Source of the DNA: Phycisphaerae bacterium
GTDB lineage: Bacteria > Planctomycetota > Phycisphaerae > SM23-33
Direction: 5' to 3'
Assembly (NCBI GenBank): GCA_009783465.1
Contig: WRDM01000002.1
Coordinates: 42,097 to 106,096, forward strand
Length of the DNA: 64,000 bases
Numbering within the stretch: position 1 is the stretch's first letter; each line of letters opens with the position of its first letter. This document shows positions 7,428-15,719 of this stretch, piece after piece. Under the pieces are notes generated by a model. It made no database searches and was not told where the DNA came from. It worked only from the letters and a program-made list of their open reading frames with translations. A program made the translations under genes and the position numbers.

Positions 7428-9382
7428 CCTACGCACAAATCGACGATGCCGTTCTCGGCGCGATGGCGCCGGCGAGGCGGCGGTATGTCGTCATCATGCT
7501 CGTGCTGGGCGGGCTTGTGGCGATGTTTTTCACCCTATGGATTCACCAGGCCCGCACGGGCATGGGCGTGGCCGGGATCAACTCGCCGGTCGGCTGGGGC
7601 GTGTACATCGCGTCGTTTGTGTTCTGGGTGGGCATCGCGCACAGCGGGACGTTGATTTCCGCCATCCTGCACCTGGTCCGCGCGAAATGGCGCACCGCGG
7701 TGGCCAGGTCCGCCGAGGCCATGACGATTTTCGCCGTCATGACCGCGGGGCTGTTCCCGCTGATCCACCTCGGTCGGGTGGGCGTGTTTTATTACATTCT
7801 GCCGTACCCGACCACGCGGCAGATTTACCCGAATTTCCTCAGCCCGCTGGTGTGGGACGTCGTGGCCATCTCGACCTACTTCACGGTCAGCCTGGTCTTC
7901 TGGTATGTCGGCCTGCTGCCGGATCTGGCCAGCGCCCGCGACCGCTGGCACCGCCTGGTCGGCCCCCATCACCCGCGCACGCGATTCTATCACGCCCTGG
8001 CCATGGGATGGTCCGGCAGCGGCAACCAGTGGCGGCATCACGGGCGGGCATACCTGTTCTTCGCCGCCCTGGCCACGCCATTGGTCATCAGCGTGCATTC
8101 GGTCGTCTCGTGGGATTTCGCGATGTCCATCCTGCCGGGATGGCACACGACGATGTTTCCGCCGTACTTCGTCGCCGGGGCCATTCACTCGGGACTGGCC
8201 ATGGTTATCGTGCTCCTGCTGCCGATGCGGAAACTTCTGCGGCTGGAAAGCCTCGTCACCGACTGGCACTTCGACTGCCTGGCCAAGACCCTCCTCGTCA
8301 CCACGTGCATCATGGGCTATTCGTATATCATCGAGCCGTTCACCGCCTGGTACAGCGGCAACGTGATCGAGCGGCAATTCATCCACTGGCGGGCGTTCGG
8401 CGACACCTGGCTGACGCCGGGCTACTGGTCGATGTGGCTGCTGAACGTCATCGTTCCGCTGGCGTTTTTCGTGCCCCGCCTCCGCCGCAGTCCCACCGCG
8501 CTGATGCTCATTTCCCTTGGCATCACGATCGGCATGTGGCTGGAGCGCGGCGTGATCGTGCCGGCAAGCCTCGCCCACGACTTCATGCCCCACGCCTGGG
8601 GCCAATACGTCCCCAGGCCAATCGAATGGGGAATTCTCCTGGGCTCGTTCGGCTGGTTTTTCTTCTGGTTTTTCGGCTTCGCGAAATTTTTACCGACCAT
8701 CGCGGCGAACGAGGTGAAAGAAGAAACGCATCGCGATGGCTTGCCGGCACCACGTGACGCGGGCGTCTCGCCCGCGTTGTGCGCTCCATGTGACTGGCTA
8801 CTGGAAAACGCCAAGTCGTCTTCAACATCGGACGCGGGCAAGATGCCCGCGAGACACGAGGACGAGACCCCCGCGTCACGTTACGTCTGGGGAACATTCG
8901 ACACGCCCGCCGCGTTGATCGCCGCCGTGCGGCAACTGCGTGACGACGGCGTGACGGGCATGGAGACGTACACGCCGTTTCGGTTACAGGAGGTGGAAAA
9001 ACTGCTCGGACGCGGCCCCAGCCCGGTGCGGCTGTGGACGTTGGCGGGCGCGTTGGCGGGCGCGGCGGGCGGATTCGCGTTGGCGATCGGCCTGGCGGCG
9101 ATTAACGGGCTTGTCGTCGGCGGGCGGATTTCCTACGCCGTCATCGTGCCGTACTGCGTGATCGCTTTCGAAGGCACGATCCTGCTGGGCGTGCTGGCGA
9201 ACGTGACGGGATTGTTTTTTCATGGCCGCCTCGGCAGCGCGAGGCCGTTGCCGCGCGGATACGTCCGGCGGATTTCGGAAGACCGTTTCGGCCTGCTCAT
9301 CCCGTGTGATCGCGAGCAGGTCGGCGCGATGCGGGAGCGGCTGAGCACCCTGTGCGCGGAGGCGATCCATGTCGTCGAATGA
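7415..9382 (+). CDS. actC: Alternative complex III ActC (NrfD-like polytopic subunit) fused in-frame to ActD via a palindromic element linker
   Basis: Starts MERLTYAQIDDAVLGAMAPARRRYVV (ATG overlapping actB stop); ~10 TM NrfD/PsrC-like body; after element (8749-8883) reading frame continues into YVWGTFDTPAALIAAVRQLRDDGV... (ActD/DUF3341-like) with C-terminal TM; no stop or restart between. Confidence 0.7.
   Translation: MERLTYAQIDDAVLGAMAPARRRYVVIMLVLGGLVAMFFTLWIHQARTGMGVAGINSPVGWGVYIASFVFWVGIAHSGTLISAILHLVRAKWRTAVARSAEAMTIFAVMTAGLFPLIHLGRVGVFYYILPYPTTRQIYPNFLSPLVWDVVAISTYFTVSLVFWYVGLLPDLASARDRWHRLVGPHHPRTRFYHALAMGWSGSGNQWRHHGRAYLFFAALATPLVISVHSVVSWDFAMSILPGWHTTMFPPYFVAGAIHSGLAMVIVLLLPMRKLLRLESLVTDWHFDCLAKTLLVTTCIMGYSYIIEPFTAWYSGNVIERQFIHWRAFGDTWLTPGYWSMWLLNVIVPLAFFVPRLRRSPTALMLISLGITIGMWLERGVIVPASLAHDFMPHAWGQYVPRPIEWGILLGSFGWFFFWFFGFAKFLPTIAANEVKEETHRDGLPAPRDAGVSPALCAPCDWLLENAKSSSTSDAGKMPARHEDETPASRYVWGTFDTPAALIAAVRQLRDDGVTGMETYTPFRLQEVEKLLGRGPSPVRLWTLAGALAGAAGGFALAIGLAAINGLVVGGRISYAVIVPYCVIAFEGTILLGVLANVTGLFFHGRLGSARPLPRGYVRRISEDRFGLLIPCDREQVGAMRERLSTLCAEAIHVVE
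8749..8883 (+). repeat. in-frame palindromic element (IPE family) at actC/actD junction
   Basis: CCACGTGACGCGGGCGTCTCGCCCGCGTTGTG...GACGCGGGCAAGATGCCCGCGAGACACGAGGACGAGACCCCCGCGTCACGTT; encodes PRDAGVSPALCAPCDWLLENAKSSSTSDAGKMPARHEDETPASR. Confidence 0.85.
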
Positions 9383-10508
9383 GCCTCATCGCGCGCAGAC
9401 GATCGCGTTGGCCCTGCTGGCGACGGTTGGCGTGGCGGCGTGGGTTGTCATGTATTGGCTTGGCGACCGCGCGAGGTTGTGGCAGTCGTTGTTGGTGGCG
9501 TTTGTGTATTTCTCGCCGCTGGCGGGCGGGCTGGTCGTCTGGTCGGCGGTCGTGAATCTTTCCAACGGGCGATGGACGGGGACGATGGAAAAGGCCGCCC
9601 TGTGGGGCCTGGGCGGCTGGGCGGTGGCGATCGCGCTGTTCGTGCTGCTGGCGGCGCTGTTCGTGCCGTCGTGGGCTTCGCGATGCGAAAACCCAACCTG
9701 GGCCTGCTGGCAGAGCGATCGGCGGGCCGACGCGGGGAAGGATTTCTGGCTGTCGTCCGAGTTCCTCTTCGCGAGAAACGCGGCGGCGCTACTGGCGTTC
9801 TGGGCCGTGGCCGCGTGGTATGTCCGCCGGCGAATGCGAGGCCTGCCCGCCCGAGGCCTCGCCACCGGCGTGGTCCTGCTGTACGTGCTGAGCATGACGC
9901 TGATCGGCTACGATCTGGTGATGAGCCTGGACCCGGTCTGGTTCAGCTCGCTGCTGGCGCCATACGTGTTCATCTCGGGCATGTACACCGCGACAGCCGC
10001 CTGGGCGATCGTCGCCGCCGACAGCGGCCTGCTCGAGCCGACCGACCGCCGGCACGACCTCGGCAAGCTGATCGTCACGTTCAGCCTGCTCACCATGTAC
10101 ATGATGTACGGTCAACTATTGTGCATCTGGTACGGCAACCTGCCGCCAGAATTGCGGTTCGTCGTGCCGCGGCTGCGACATCCGCCGATGCAGTACGTCA
10201 GCCTGCTCCTGCTGGGCACGGTCTACCTCGGCCCGCTGGTGCTCATGCTGCCGCGATGGGTCAAACGCCGCCCCGCGCCGCTGCGGCTGATGGCCGTGTG
10301 GGTGCTCGTGTTCATGTACGTCGAGCGATGGTGGCTGATCGTGCCGACGTTCCATCAAGGCCACGACGTGATCAGCCTGCCCATCGACCTGCACGCCGGC
10401 GACGCCGCTGTCGCACTCGCCGCCGTCGCGGGGACGGCCCTGGGAATCCGCCACGTACGACGCGCCGGGCCGGACCATGACGTCGCGGAGAAAGGCGGCG
10501 CGACATGA
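9369..10508 (+). CDS. actF: Alternative complex III ActF-like polytopic membrane subunit
   Basis: 379 aa, ~10 predicted TM helices, position after ActC/D and before pentaheme ActA; ATG overlaps upstream stop. Confidence 0.6.
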   Translation: MSSNEPHRAQTIALALLATVGVAAWVVMYWLGDRARLWQSLLVAFVYFSPLAGGLVVWSAVVNLSNGRWTGTMEKAALWGLGGWAVAIALFVLLAALFVPSWASRCENPTWACWQSDRRADAGKDFWLSSEFLFARNAAALLAFWAVAAWYVRRRMRGLPARGLATGVVLLYVLSMTLIGYDLVMSLDPVWFSSLLAPYVFISGMYTATAAWAIVAADSGLLEPTDRRHDLGKLIVTFSLLTMYMMYGQLLCIWYGNLPPELRFVVPRLRHPPMQYVSLLLLGTVYLGPLVLMLPRWVKRRPAPLRLMAVWVLVFMYVERWWLIVPTFHQGHDVISLPIDLHAGDAAVALAAVAGTALGIRHVRRAGPDHDVAEKGGAT

Positions 10509-11017
10509 CGAGTCATCGCCCCGCCGCCGTGCTCGCGCTGGTGCTCTTCCTGACGCTGCTGGCCGCGGCGGCGGTGTATTTCCTGCCCTGGCCCGCCGCC
10601 ATCGGACCGGCCCAACCCGTCGCGTTCAGCCATCGCGTCCACGCGGGCGTCAAACAGATCAGTTGCATCTTCTGCCACCCCGGCGTGATCGACGGCCCGC
10701 ACGCCACCGTGCCGCCCGTGGCCAAGTGCATGCTCTGCCACCAGAAAATCATTCCGAAACACCCGGAAATCGTCAAAATCCGCCAGGCCTACGAACGCGA
10801 CACGCCCATCGCGTGGGTCAAAGCAAACGACGTCCCCGAGTTCGTCTACTTCACACACGAGCGGCACATTCGCGAGGGCATCGACTGCGGCCGATGCCAC
10901 GGCAACGTCACCGCCATGGATCGCCTCGCCGCCGCGACCGAACTGAACATGGGTTTCTGCATCCCCTGCCACCGGGACAACAAGGCGAGTGTGGATTGCT
11001 ATGTGTGCCATAGGTAG
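10505..11017 (+). CDS. actA: Alternative complex III ActA, membrane-anchored pentaheme cytochrome c
   Basis: N-terminal TM helix; five CxxCH motifs (CIFCH, CMLCH, CGRCH, CIPCH, CYVCH); start overlaps actF stop. Confidence 0.7.
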   Translation: MTSHRPAAVLALVLFLTLLAAAAVYFLPWPAAIGPAQPVAFSHRVHAGVKQISCIFCHPGVIDGPHATVPPVAKCMLCHQKIIPKHPEIVKIRQAYERDTPIAWVKANDVPEFVYFTHERHIREGIDCGRCHGNVTAMDRLAAATELNMGFCIPCHRDNKASVDCYVCHR

Positions 11018-11023
11018 GGAAGA

Positions 11024-11172
11024 AGCCAGTAGCCAATAGCCAGTAGGTATGGAACGGCATCGGCAAAAAACAACGACAGCGGGAACAGATAACGATGCGG
11101 CCAAAATCAGAATCGTGTGTTTTGCAACTGGCTTCGCCATACCTACTGGCTACTGGCTATTGGCTACTGGCT
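11024..11172 (+). repeat. operon-hairpin element (OPH family), forward orientation, between actA and ccoN
   Basis: agccagtagccaatagccagtaggtatggaacggcatcggcaaaaaacaacgacagcgggaacagataacgatgcggccaaaatcagaatcgtgtgttttgcaactggcttcgccatacctactggctactggctattggctactggct. Confidence 0.85.
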
Positions 11173-11192
11173 AAAACCGTGCCCTGTAAACA

Positions 11193-12593
11193 ATGAATCG
11201 ACGACAAACCATCTTCCGCAAACCCAACTCCGCCGCGTTGGCCTGGCTTCTCGCCGGCGCGGTGTGGTTTGCCATGGGGACGACCTGGGGGCTGTTTTCG
11301 GCGGCCCATCTCATCGCGCCGGAATTGTTCGATAATATTAGCTGGCTGGTATTCGGGCGGACCAGGCCTGTGCATGTCAACACGGTGATTTTCGGATTCG
11401 TCGCGCCCATGTTGATCGGGGCGGCGCTGCATTACGTGCCCGCCCTGCTCAAAACGAGGCTGTGGTCCGAGCCGCTGGGCTGGCTTGCCTGGCTGGCGTG
11501 GAACGCCGCCGTCGCCAGCGGATTCATCCTGCTGCCGCTGGGCATCACGCAGGGCCGGGAGTACGCCGAGTATATTTTCCCCTTCGACGTGTGCATCATG
11601 GTCGCGCTGGTGCTGCTGATCGTGAATCTGGTGATGACCATCGCCACCCGCCGCGAGCCGCTGCTGTATGTGAGCGTGTGGTACGTGGTGGGCATGGCCG
11701 TGTGGACGGCAGGCGTGTATCCGATCGGCAACGTGATGTGGCAGCCCGCCACCGGCGCGATGCCCGGCGTGCTGGACTCGATTTTCCTGTGGTTTTACGG
11801 CCATAATCTCGTCGGCCTGCTGCTGACGCCGCTGGCGACCGCGGCGGCGTATTTCGTCGTCCCCCGCGTCACGCGCACGCCGCTCTACAGCCACACGCTC
11901 AGCCTGGTGGGCTTCTGGATCCTGCTGACGCTCTACACGCACATCGGGGCGCACCACCTTCTCCAGGCGCCGGTGCCGAATTGGCTCAAGACCCTCTCCG
12001 TCGTCGATTCCATGGCCATGATGCTGCCGGTTTTCACCGTGCTGATGAATCTCTGGCTGACCGCGCGAGGCCGGGGCGGCAGGCTGTGGCGCGACGTCGG
12101 CGGGCGGTTCGTGATGTTCGGGCTGATCCTGTATTTCGTCACCTGCGTGCAAGGCCCGCTGCAAAGCCTGCCCAGCGTGCAGCGTGTCACGCACTTCACC
12201 AACTGGACGATCGGCCACGCGCACATCGCCGTGCTGGGATTCGCGGGGTTCATCGCGCTGGGGGCGATGTGGCACACGCTGCCGGGCATCCTCGGCCGTC
12301 GGCTGTTTTCGACCCGACTCGTCAGCGTCCAGTTCGGCCTGCTGATGACGGGCGTGGTGGGCTTCTTCCTCGTGCTGTCGATCGCAGGCCTGGTGCAGGG
12401 TACCAACTGGGCCAACGGCAACGTGGAATACAACACCCTGCCGATGATGCCCCCCTACATGATCCTCCGCGGCGCGATGGGCCTGCTGATCGTCACCGCC
12501 GCGTGGGTAGGGCTGTACAACTGCGTGAAAACGATACGCCGTAAGGAACGTGCAACCGAGTTGGCGACAAAGCCAGTAGCCAATAGCCAGTAG
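11193..12593 (+). CDS. ccoN: cbb3-type cytochrome c oxidase subunit I (CcoN)
   Basis: 466 aa, 12 TM; HLIAPELFDNISWLVFGRTRPVHVNTVIFGF and FLWFYGHNLVGLLLTPL match CcoN signature helices; last 7 codons (KPVANSQ*) are supplied by the OPH repeat arm. Confidence 0.75.
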   Translation: MNRRQTIFRKPNSAALAWLLAGAVWFAMGTTWGLFSAAHLIAPELFDNISWLVFGRTRPVHVNTVIFGFVAPMLIGAALHYVPALLKTRLWSEPLGWLAWLAWNAAVASGFILLPLGITQGREYAEYIFPFDVCIMVALVLLIVNLVMTIATRREPLLYVSVWYVVGMAVWTAGVYPIGNVMWQPATGAMPGVLDSIFLWFYGHNLVGLLLTPLATAAAYFVVPRVTRTPLYSHTLSLVGFWILLTLYTHIGAHHLLQAPVPNWLKTLSVVDSMAMMLPVFTVLMNLWLTARGRGGRLWRDVGGRFVMFGLILYFVTCVQGPLQSLPSVQRVTHFTNWTIGHAHIAVLGFAGFIALGAMWHTLPGILGRRLFSTRLVSVQFGLLMTGVVGFFLVLSIAGLVQGTNWANGNVEYNTLPMMPPYMILRGAMGLLIVTAAWVGLYNCVKTIRRKERATELATKPVANSQ

Positions 12594-12720
12594 GTAAGGC
12601 ACGACATTGGCGAAACGGCAGTGACAGCGGGAACGGATACAAAAATGGCAACGGCCAGGATCGTATGACTGGCGACAGGCTTCGCCATACCTACTGGCTA
12701 TTGGCTATTGGCTACTGGCT
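12571..12720 (+). repeat. operon-hairpin element (OPH family), forward orientation, overlapping ccoN stop codon
   Basis: agccagtagccaatagccagtaggtaaggcacgacattggcgaaacggcagtgacagcgggaacgg...ggatcgtatgactggcgacaggcttcgccatacctactggctattggctattggctactggct. Confidence 0.85.
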
Positions 12721-12738
12721 TTTTCCAAAAGGATTCCC

Positions 12739-13731
12739 ATGAAAATGACCCCAGCCTTCCTCATCCTCGGCGGGTTGCTGATTTTCTGGACCAGCACGTT
12801 TATCGCCGTCATCTTGCCGGCGATGACGTTGGGCGACGAGCCGTCGGCGATCTGGAGGCCTCGCGAAGCCGATGAGGCGCGCGGGGCACAGCTCTACATC
12901 GACAACGGCTGTTCGTACTGCCACAGCCAGTTCGGGCGCACGTTCGACTGGGGACTGGGGCGGCAGCGCGTCGCCGAACAAGGCGACTACTACGCCATGC
13001 AGCCGGTCATCCTCGGCACTGAACGCTGGGGACCCGACCTCCAGCAGGCCGGCGGCGAACACCCCGACGGCTGGCACCACGCGCACTTCCTCAACCCGCG
13101 AAACACACGACCGCTCTCCCTCATGCCGTCGTGGGAATTTCTCGGCGAAAAAAATATCGAAGCCCTCACGCGATACGTGCAGTCCAACTGGGGCACGCTC
13201 GCCGACGAACGCATGGCCAGACAGCGGCACTGGGAGACCCAGTTCGTGGCCGCGTACGAATCCGGCGCCGACGCCAACGTCGCGTTCCTGCACGCCAACG
13301 TCCCGCCGACCTGGCGGGCCATGCCAAATCCCTACCCCGCCGACGAAGCCGCCCTCCAGCGCGGACAATTGATTTACCAATGGTACTGCATCGCCTGTCA
13401 CGGCGAAGTCGGCGACGGCAAAGGCCGGGGCGGACTTGCGACCTTCCGAGGCCGCCCCGCCATCTATCCGCCGCCGATGAACTTCACCACGCTACGGCGA
13501 AACCTGATCGAGGACAAATACATCGGCGGCATTTTTTATTACCAGATCATGAACGGCATCACGGGCACGGCCATGCCGTACTTTAAACACGAACTCACGA
13601 GCGAAAAAATCTGGGACGTCTCCAATTACATCGCGGTGCGCTTCGTAGGCTACACCGACGCGGGCCTGGAACCCCGCGGCATCGAGGCGTCGTATGAATC
13701 TGCGGGAGACGACGGTGAAAACAAACCGTAA
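12739..13731 (+). CDS. ccoO: cbb3 oxidase monoheme subunit CcoO fused to an extra C-terminal class-I cytochrome c domain (CcoP-like)
   Basis: N-terminal TM; CSYCHSQ heme motif; ERWGPDLQQAGG...DGWHHAHFLNPR matches FixO/CcoO (GPDL...WH..H.LNPR); second CIACHGEVGDGKG heme site in C-terminal ~130 aa. Confidence 0.65.
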   Translation: MKMTPAFLILGGLLIFWTSTFIAVILPAMTLGDEPSAIWRPREADEARGAQLYIDNGCSYCHSQFGRTFDWGLGRQRVAEQGDYYAMQPVILGTERWGPDLQQAGGEHPDGWHHAHFLNPRNTRPLSLMPSWEFLGEKNIEALTRYVQSNWGTLADERMARQRHWETQFVAAYESGADANVAFLHANVPPTWRAMPNPYPADEAALQRGQLIYQWYCIACHGEVGDGKGRGGLATFRGRPAIYPPPMNFTTLRRNLIEDKYIGGIFYYQIMNGITGTAMPYFKHELTSEKIWDVSNYIAVRFVGYTDAGLEPRGIEASYESAGDDGENKP

Positions 13732-13744
13732 TGTCGAAGGAACA

Positions 13745-13889
13745 AAGCCACAAGCCACTAGCCACCAGCCACGAGGTAAGGAACGACAACGGCGAAATGA
13801 CAATGAACGCGGGAATAAATACGAACATGGCGATAATTTGTGATCGTGTAATTCACAACAGATTTCGCCATACCTGGTAGCTAGTGGCT
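13745..13889 (+). repeat. operon-hairpin element (OPH family, 'ccacaagccactagccac' arm variant), forward orientation
   Basis: aagccacaagccactagccaccagccacgaggtaaggaacgacaacggcgaaatgacaatgaacgcgggaataaat...gatttcgccatacctggtagctagtggctt. Confidence 0.75.
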
Positions 13890-13907
13890 TTCTTCAGGAG
13901 GCAACGA

Positions 13908-14090
13908 ATGAACCCTGACCAGATCGACGCGTTGTTCAGCACGCGGTTTGTGATTATCTGCGTGACCTTCTCCAGCCTGGCGATGGTGGCGATTATCGTC
14001 ATGCTGGTCTGGGCAACCCGCCGCCGTCAATTCACCGACCAACACCGCGCCCGCCGGCTGGCATTGGAGGCGAAGATTCCACCTGAGTAA
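13908..14090 (+). CDS. small single-TM membrane protein (possible CcoQ-like oxidase accessory peptide)
   Basis: MNPDQIDALFSTRFVIICVTFSSLAMVAIIVMLVWATRRRQF...; GGAGG RBS 10 nt upstream; location directly after ccoO. Confidence 0.3.
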   Translation: MNPDQIDALFSTRFVIICVTFSSLAMVAIIVMLVWATRRRQFTDQHRARRLALEAKIPPE

Positions 14091-14142
14091 CAATCAGGAC
14101 AATCGCATGTGCATGCCTTATTCCACACAGGATTCGCATTTC

Positions 14143-14254
14143 GGCGCCACTGGCCACAGGCCCTGCCATTTTGCGTTGTCGATCGTTGTGACAGACGAAG
14201 CGTTCAGTCGCTCACACCGTCTTACAACGCAAAATGGCAGGGCCTGTGGCCAGT
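14143..14254. repeat. large perfect-ish palindrome (BPAL family, 'ggcgccactggccacaggccctgccattttgcgttg...caacgcaaaatggcagggcctgtggccagtg')
   Basis: ~35-bp arms around ~40-nt core; family copies at 34674, 36198, 62041 and shorter variants at 19001, 33165, 58334. Confidence 0.8.
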
Positions 14255-14347
14255 GATGCCGAGTACGAAGGTCACGCGAAAACCGGAAAATATACATGCG
14301 TTCGCCCTGGAGTAGCCATCACCTATACTGTATTGGGGGAGCGTCGC

Positions 14348-14623
14348 ATGTGGACATACAGCGTTTTGCAAAACCAGAGGCTTGTGCTCGCGATTTTCGG
14401 CGGGACGGTGGTGCTGCTGAGCATCGTGCTGGTTTACATGGCCTTGTGGAAACCTCGCGAGGGCGAGATTCACGAGGACGCCGTCGTTGCCTCGCGACAA
14501 AACGCCCCGCTACGGGAATGGCTGGCGTCGATGCCCTGGCTGCTCGCGGTGACGGCCGCCGCGATCGTCGTGTACGGCGTCGGCTACGTGCTGTACCTGG
14601 CCCACAGGCCTCCAAACTGGTGA
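14348..14623 (+). CDS. small two-TM membrane protein of unknown function
   Basis: MWTYSVLQNQRLVLAIFGGTVVLLSIVLVYMALW...WLLAVTAAAIVVYGVGYVLYLA; within cco/act operon. Confidence 0.3.
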   Translation: MWTYSVLQNQRLVLAIFGGTVVLLSIVLVYMALWKPREGEIHEDAVVASRQNAPLREWLASMPWLLAVTAAAIVVYGVGYVLYLAHRPPNW

Positions 14624-14630
14624 CGCAACC

Positions 14631-15038
14631 ATGGCCAAAACCTTCGAAGAGTATCGCGTGCTTTCTCAACCGGCGGCGTGGGCGTTGCTGTTTCTGCTGG
14701 CCGGTGGCATTCTCGCGTGGGGCCTGTTCGTGAAATCCGTCATTCCCAACACACCGCGCGTCCACAACTACGGCGCCCTGCCCGACGCACCGGGACAATC
14801 CATCTACTCCACAAACCCCACGCCGCGCGACACCACCGCACCGCCGCAATATCAAACGCTCCCCGAAGCCAAACGTGACGCGGGCGTCTCGCCCGCGTTG
14901 TGCGTTCCATTGGCCGAGGCACCGGAAAACGATCTCTCGACTTCGCCATCCGGCACGGGCAAGATGCCCGCGGGACACGAGGGCGGGACGCCCTCGTCAC
15001 GTGAGACGCCCACATCACACGCAGAGGCGTCGCCATGA
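14631..15038 (+). CDS. small membrane protein whose C-terminal third is encoded by an in-frame palindromic element
   Basis: N-terminal TM (AWALLFLLAGGILAWGLFV); C-terminal ...AKRDAGVSPALCVPLAEAPENDLSTSPSGTGKMPAGHEGGTPSSRETPTSHAEASP*; stop overlaps next start (ATGA). Confidence 0.35.
   Translation: MAKTFEEYRVLSQPAAWALLFLLAGGILAWGLFVKSVIPNTPRVHNYGALPDAPGQSIYSTNPTPRDTTAPPQYQTLPEAKRDAGVSPALCVPLAEAPENDLSTSPSGTGKMPAGHEGGTPSSRETPTSHAEASP
14874..15004 (+). repeat. in-frame palindromic element (IPE family) forming the C-terminus of a small membrane protein
   Basis: AAACGTGACGCGGGCGTCTCGCCCGCGTTGTG...CACGGGCAAGATGCCCGCGGGACACGAGGGCGGGACGCCCTCGTCACGTGA. Confidence 0.85.
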
Positions 15039-15532
15039 ACACGCGTCGCCTGCGACGGCTCATCCACGTCGCCATCGCCGCCGGCACGCTCGGGCTGGGC
15101 GCGGTCGCGATCGGGCTGTTCACCCATGTGCCGGAAATGAAAACCCAACCGAAACTGCAAACGCACGCCGCCCGCATGCCGCTTCCGCCGGCCGGGGCCG
15201 TGACCGTCGAACGACCCGCGCCCGTGCGATTCCCCGACCCCGCCGACACGCGTCCCCTGGCCAGCGGGCAAGTCTACTATGGCTATTACTGCCTGCCGTG
15301 CCACGGCCAAACCGGCGACGGCAGAGGTCCCGTCGGCGAAAGCTACCACCCCGTCCCGCGCGATCTGCGATCAGCCGCCATCCAAGCCCGCACCAACAAA
15401 CAACTCCTCCGCGCCATCGCCGAGGGCACAGGCCATCAACTCGAAAACGACGGCCCGCGAATCCTCCACCTCACCGTCCCCCCACAACACGCAGGCCCGC
15501 TCATCGCCTACGTGCGGACGCTGAAAAAGTAA
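15035..15532 (+). CDS. membrane-anchored monoheme cytochrome c (ActE-like / class I)
   Basis: N-terminal TM; single CLPCHGQ heme motif; terminal gene of the act/cco operon. Confidence 0.6.
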   Translation: MNTRRLRRLIHVAIAAGTLGLGAVAIGLFTHVPEMKTQPKLQTHAARMPLPPAGAVTVERPAPVRFPDPADTRPLASGQVYYGYYCLPCHGQTGDGRGPVGESYHPVPRDLRSAAIQARTNKQLLRAIAEGTGHQLENDGPRILHLTVPPQHAGPLIAYVRTLKK

Positions 15533-15622
15533 CGAGTGACCCGCAATGAATAACGAAGACTGCGAAATTCCGCATTTTGCCCGGAATTCCGCAGTCCTCG
15601 TCAGTCATCACTCGTTACTTTT
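15527..15622. terminator. long imperfect inverted repeat (aagtaacgagtgac...gtcatcactcgttactt) followed by TTTTG; candidate bidirectional terminator between cytochrome c gene and tRNA-Ser
   Basis: IR arms ~15 nt at 15527-15540 and 15605-15621, inner EcoRI-type palindrome cggaattccg. Confidence 0.35.
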
Positions 15623-15629
15623 GTAAAAC

Positions 15630-15719
15630 CGGAGAGGTCGGGATTCGAACCCGAGGTACGGCGTTAAACCGTACACCGGTTTAGCAAACCGGCGCTTTCA
15701 GCCGCTCAGCCACCTCTCC
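15630..15719 (-). tRNA. tRNA-Ser (anticodon GCU)
   Basis: Reverse complement GGAGAGGTGGCTGAGCGGCTGAAAGCGCCGGTTTGCTAAACCGGTGTACGGTTTAACGCCGTACCTCGGGTTCGAATCCCGACCTCTCCG: 7-bp acceptor stem, anticodon loop TTGCTAA, long variable arm, GGTTCGAATCC T-loop; architecture matches E. coli tRNA-Ser(GCU). Confidence 0.85.

Noticed and set aside
10355-11140. Conserved small ORF 'MAKPVA(K/S/N)HTIL...VPA...YWLLA' on the antisense strand of every OPH element (also 3931..4173-, 12455..12688-, 27785..28261+)
   Set aside because: The frame is kept in 5 of 7 copies with one 6-nt in-frame indel. However the A versus C copy comparison gives 6 synonymous against 15 non-synonymous codon changes, which is about neutral. 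Two copies are frame-broken. The ORF is antisense to operon transcription. The conservation is therefore explained by DNA/RNA-level conservation of the element and not by a protein. Ribosome profiling could reopen this.
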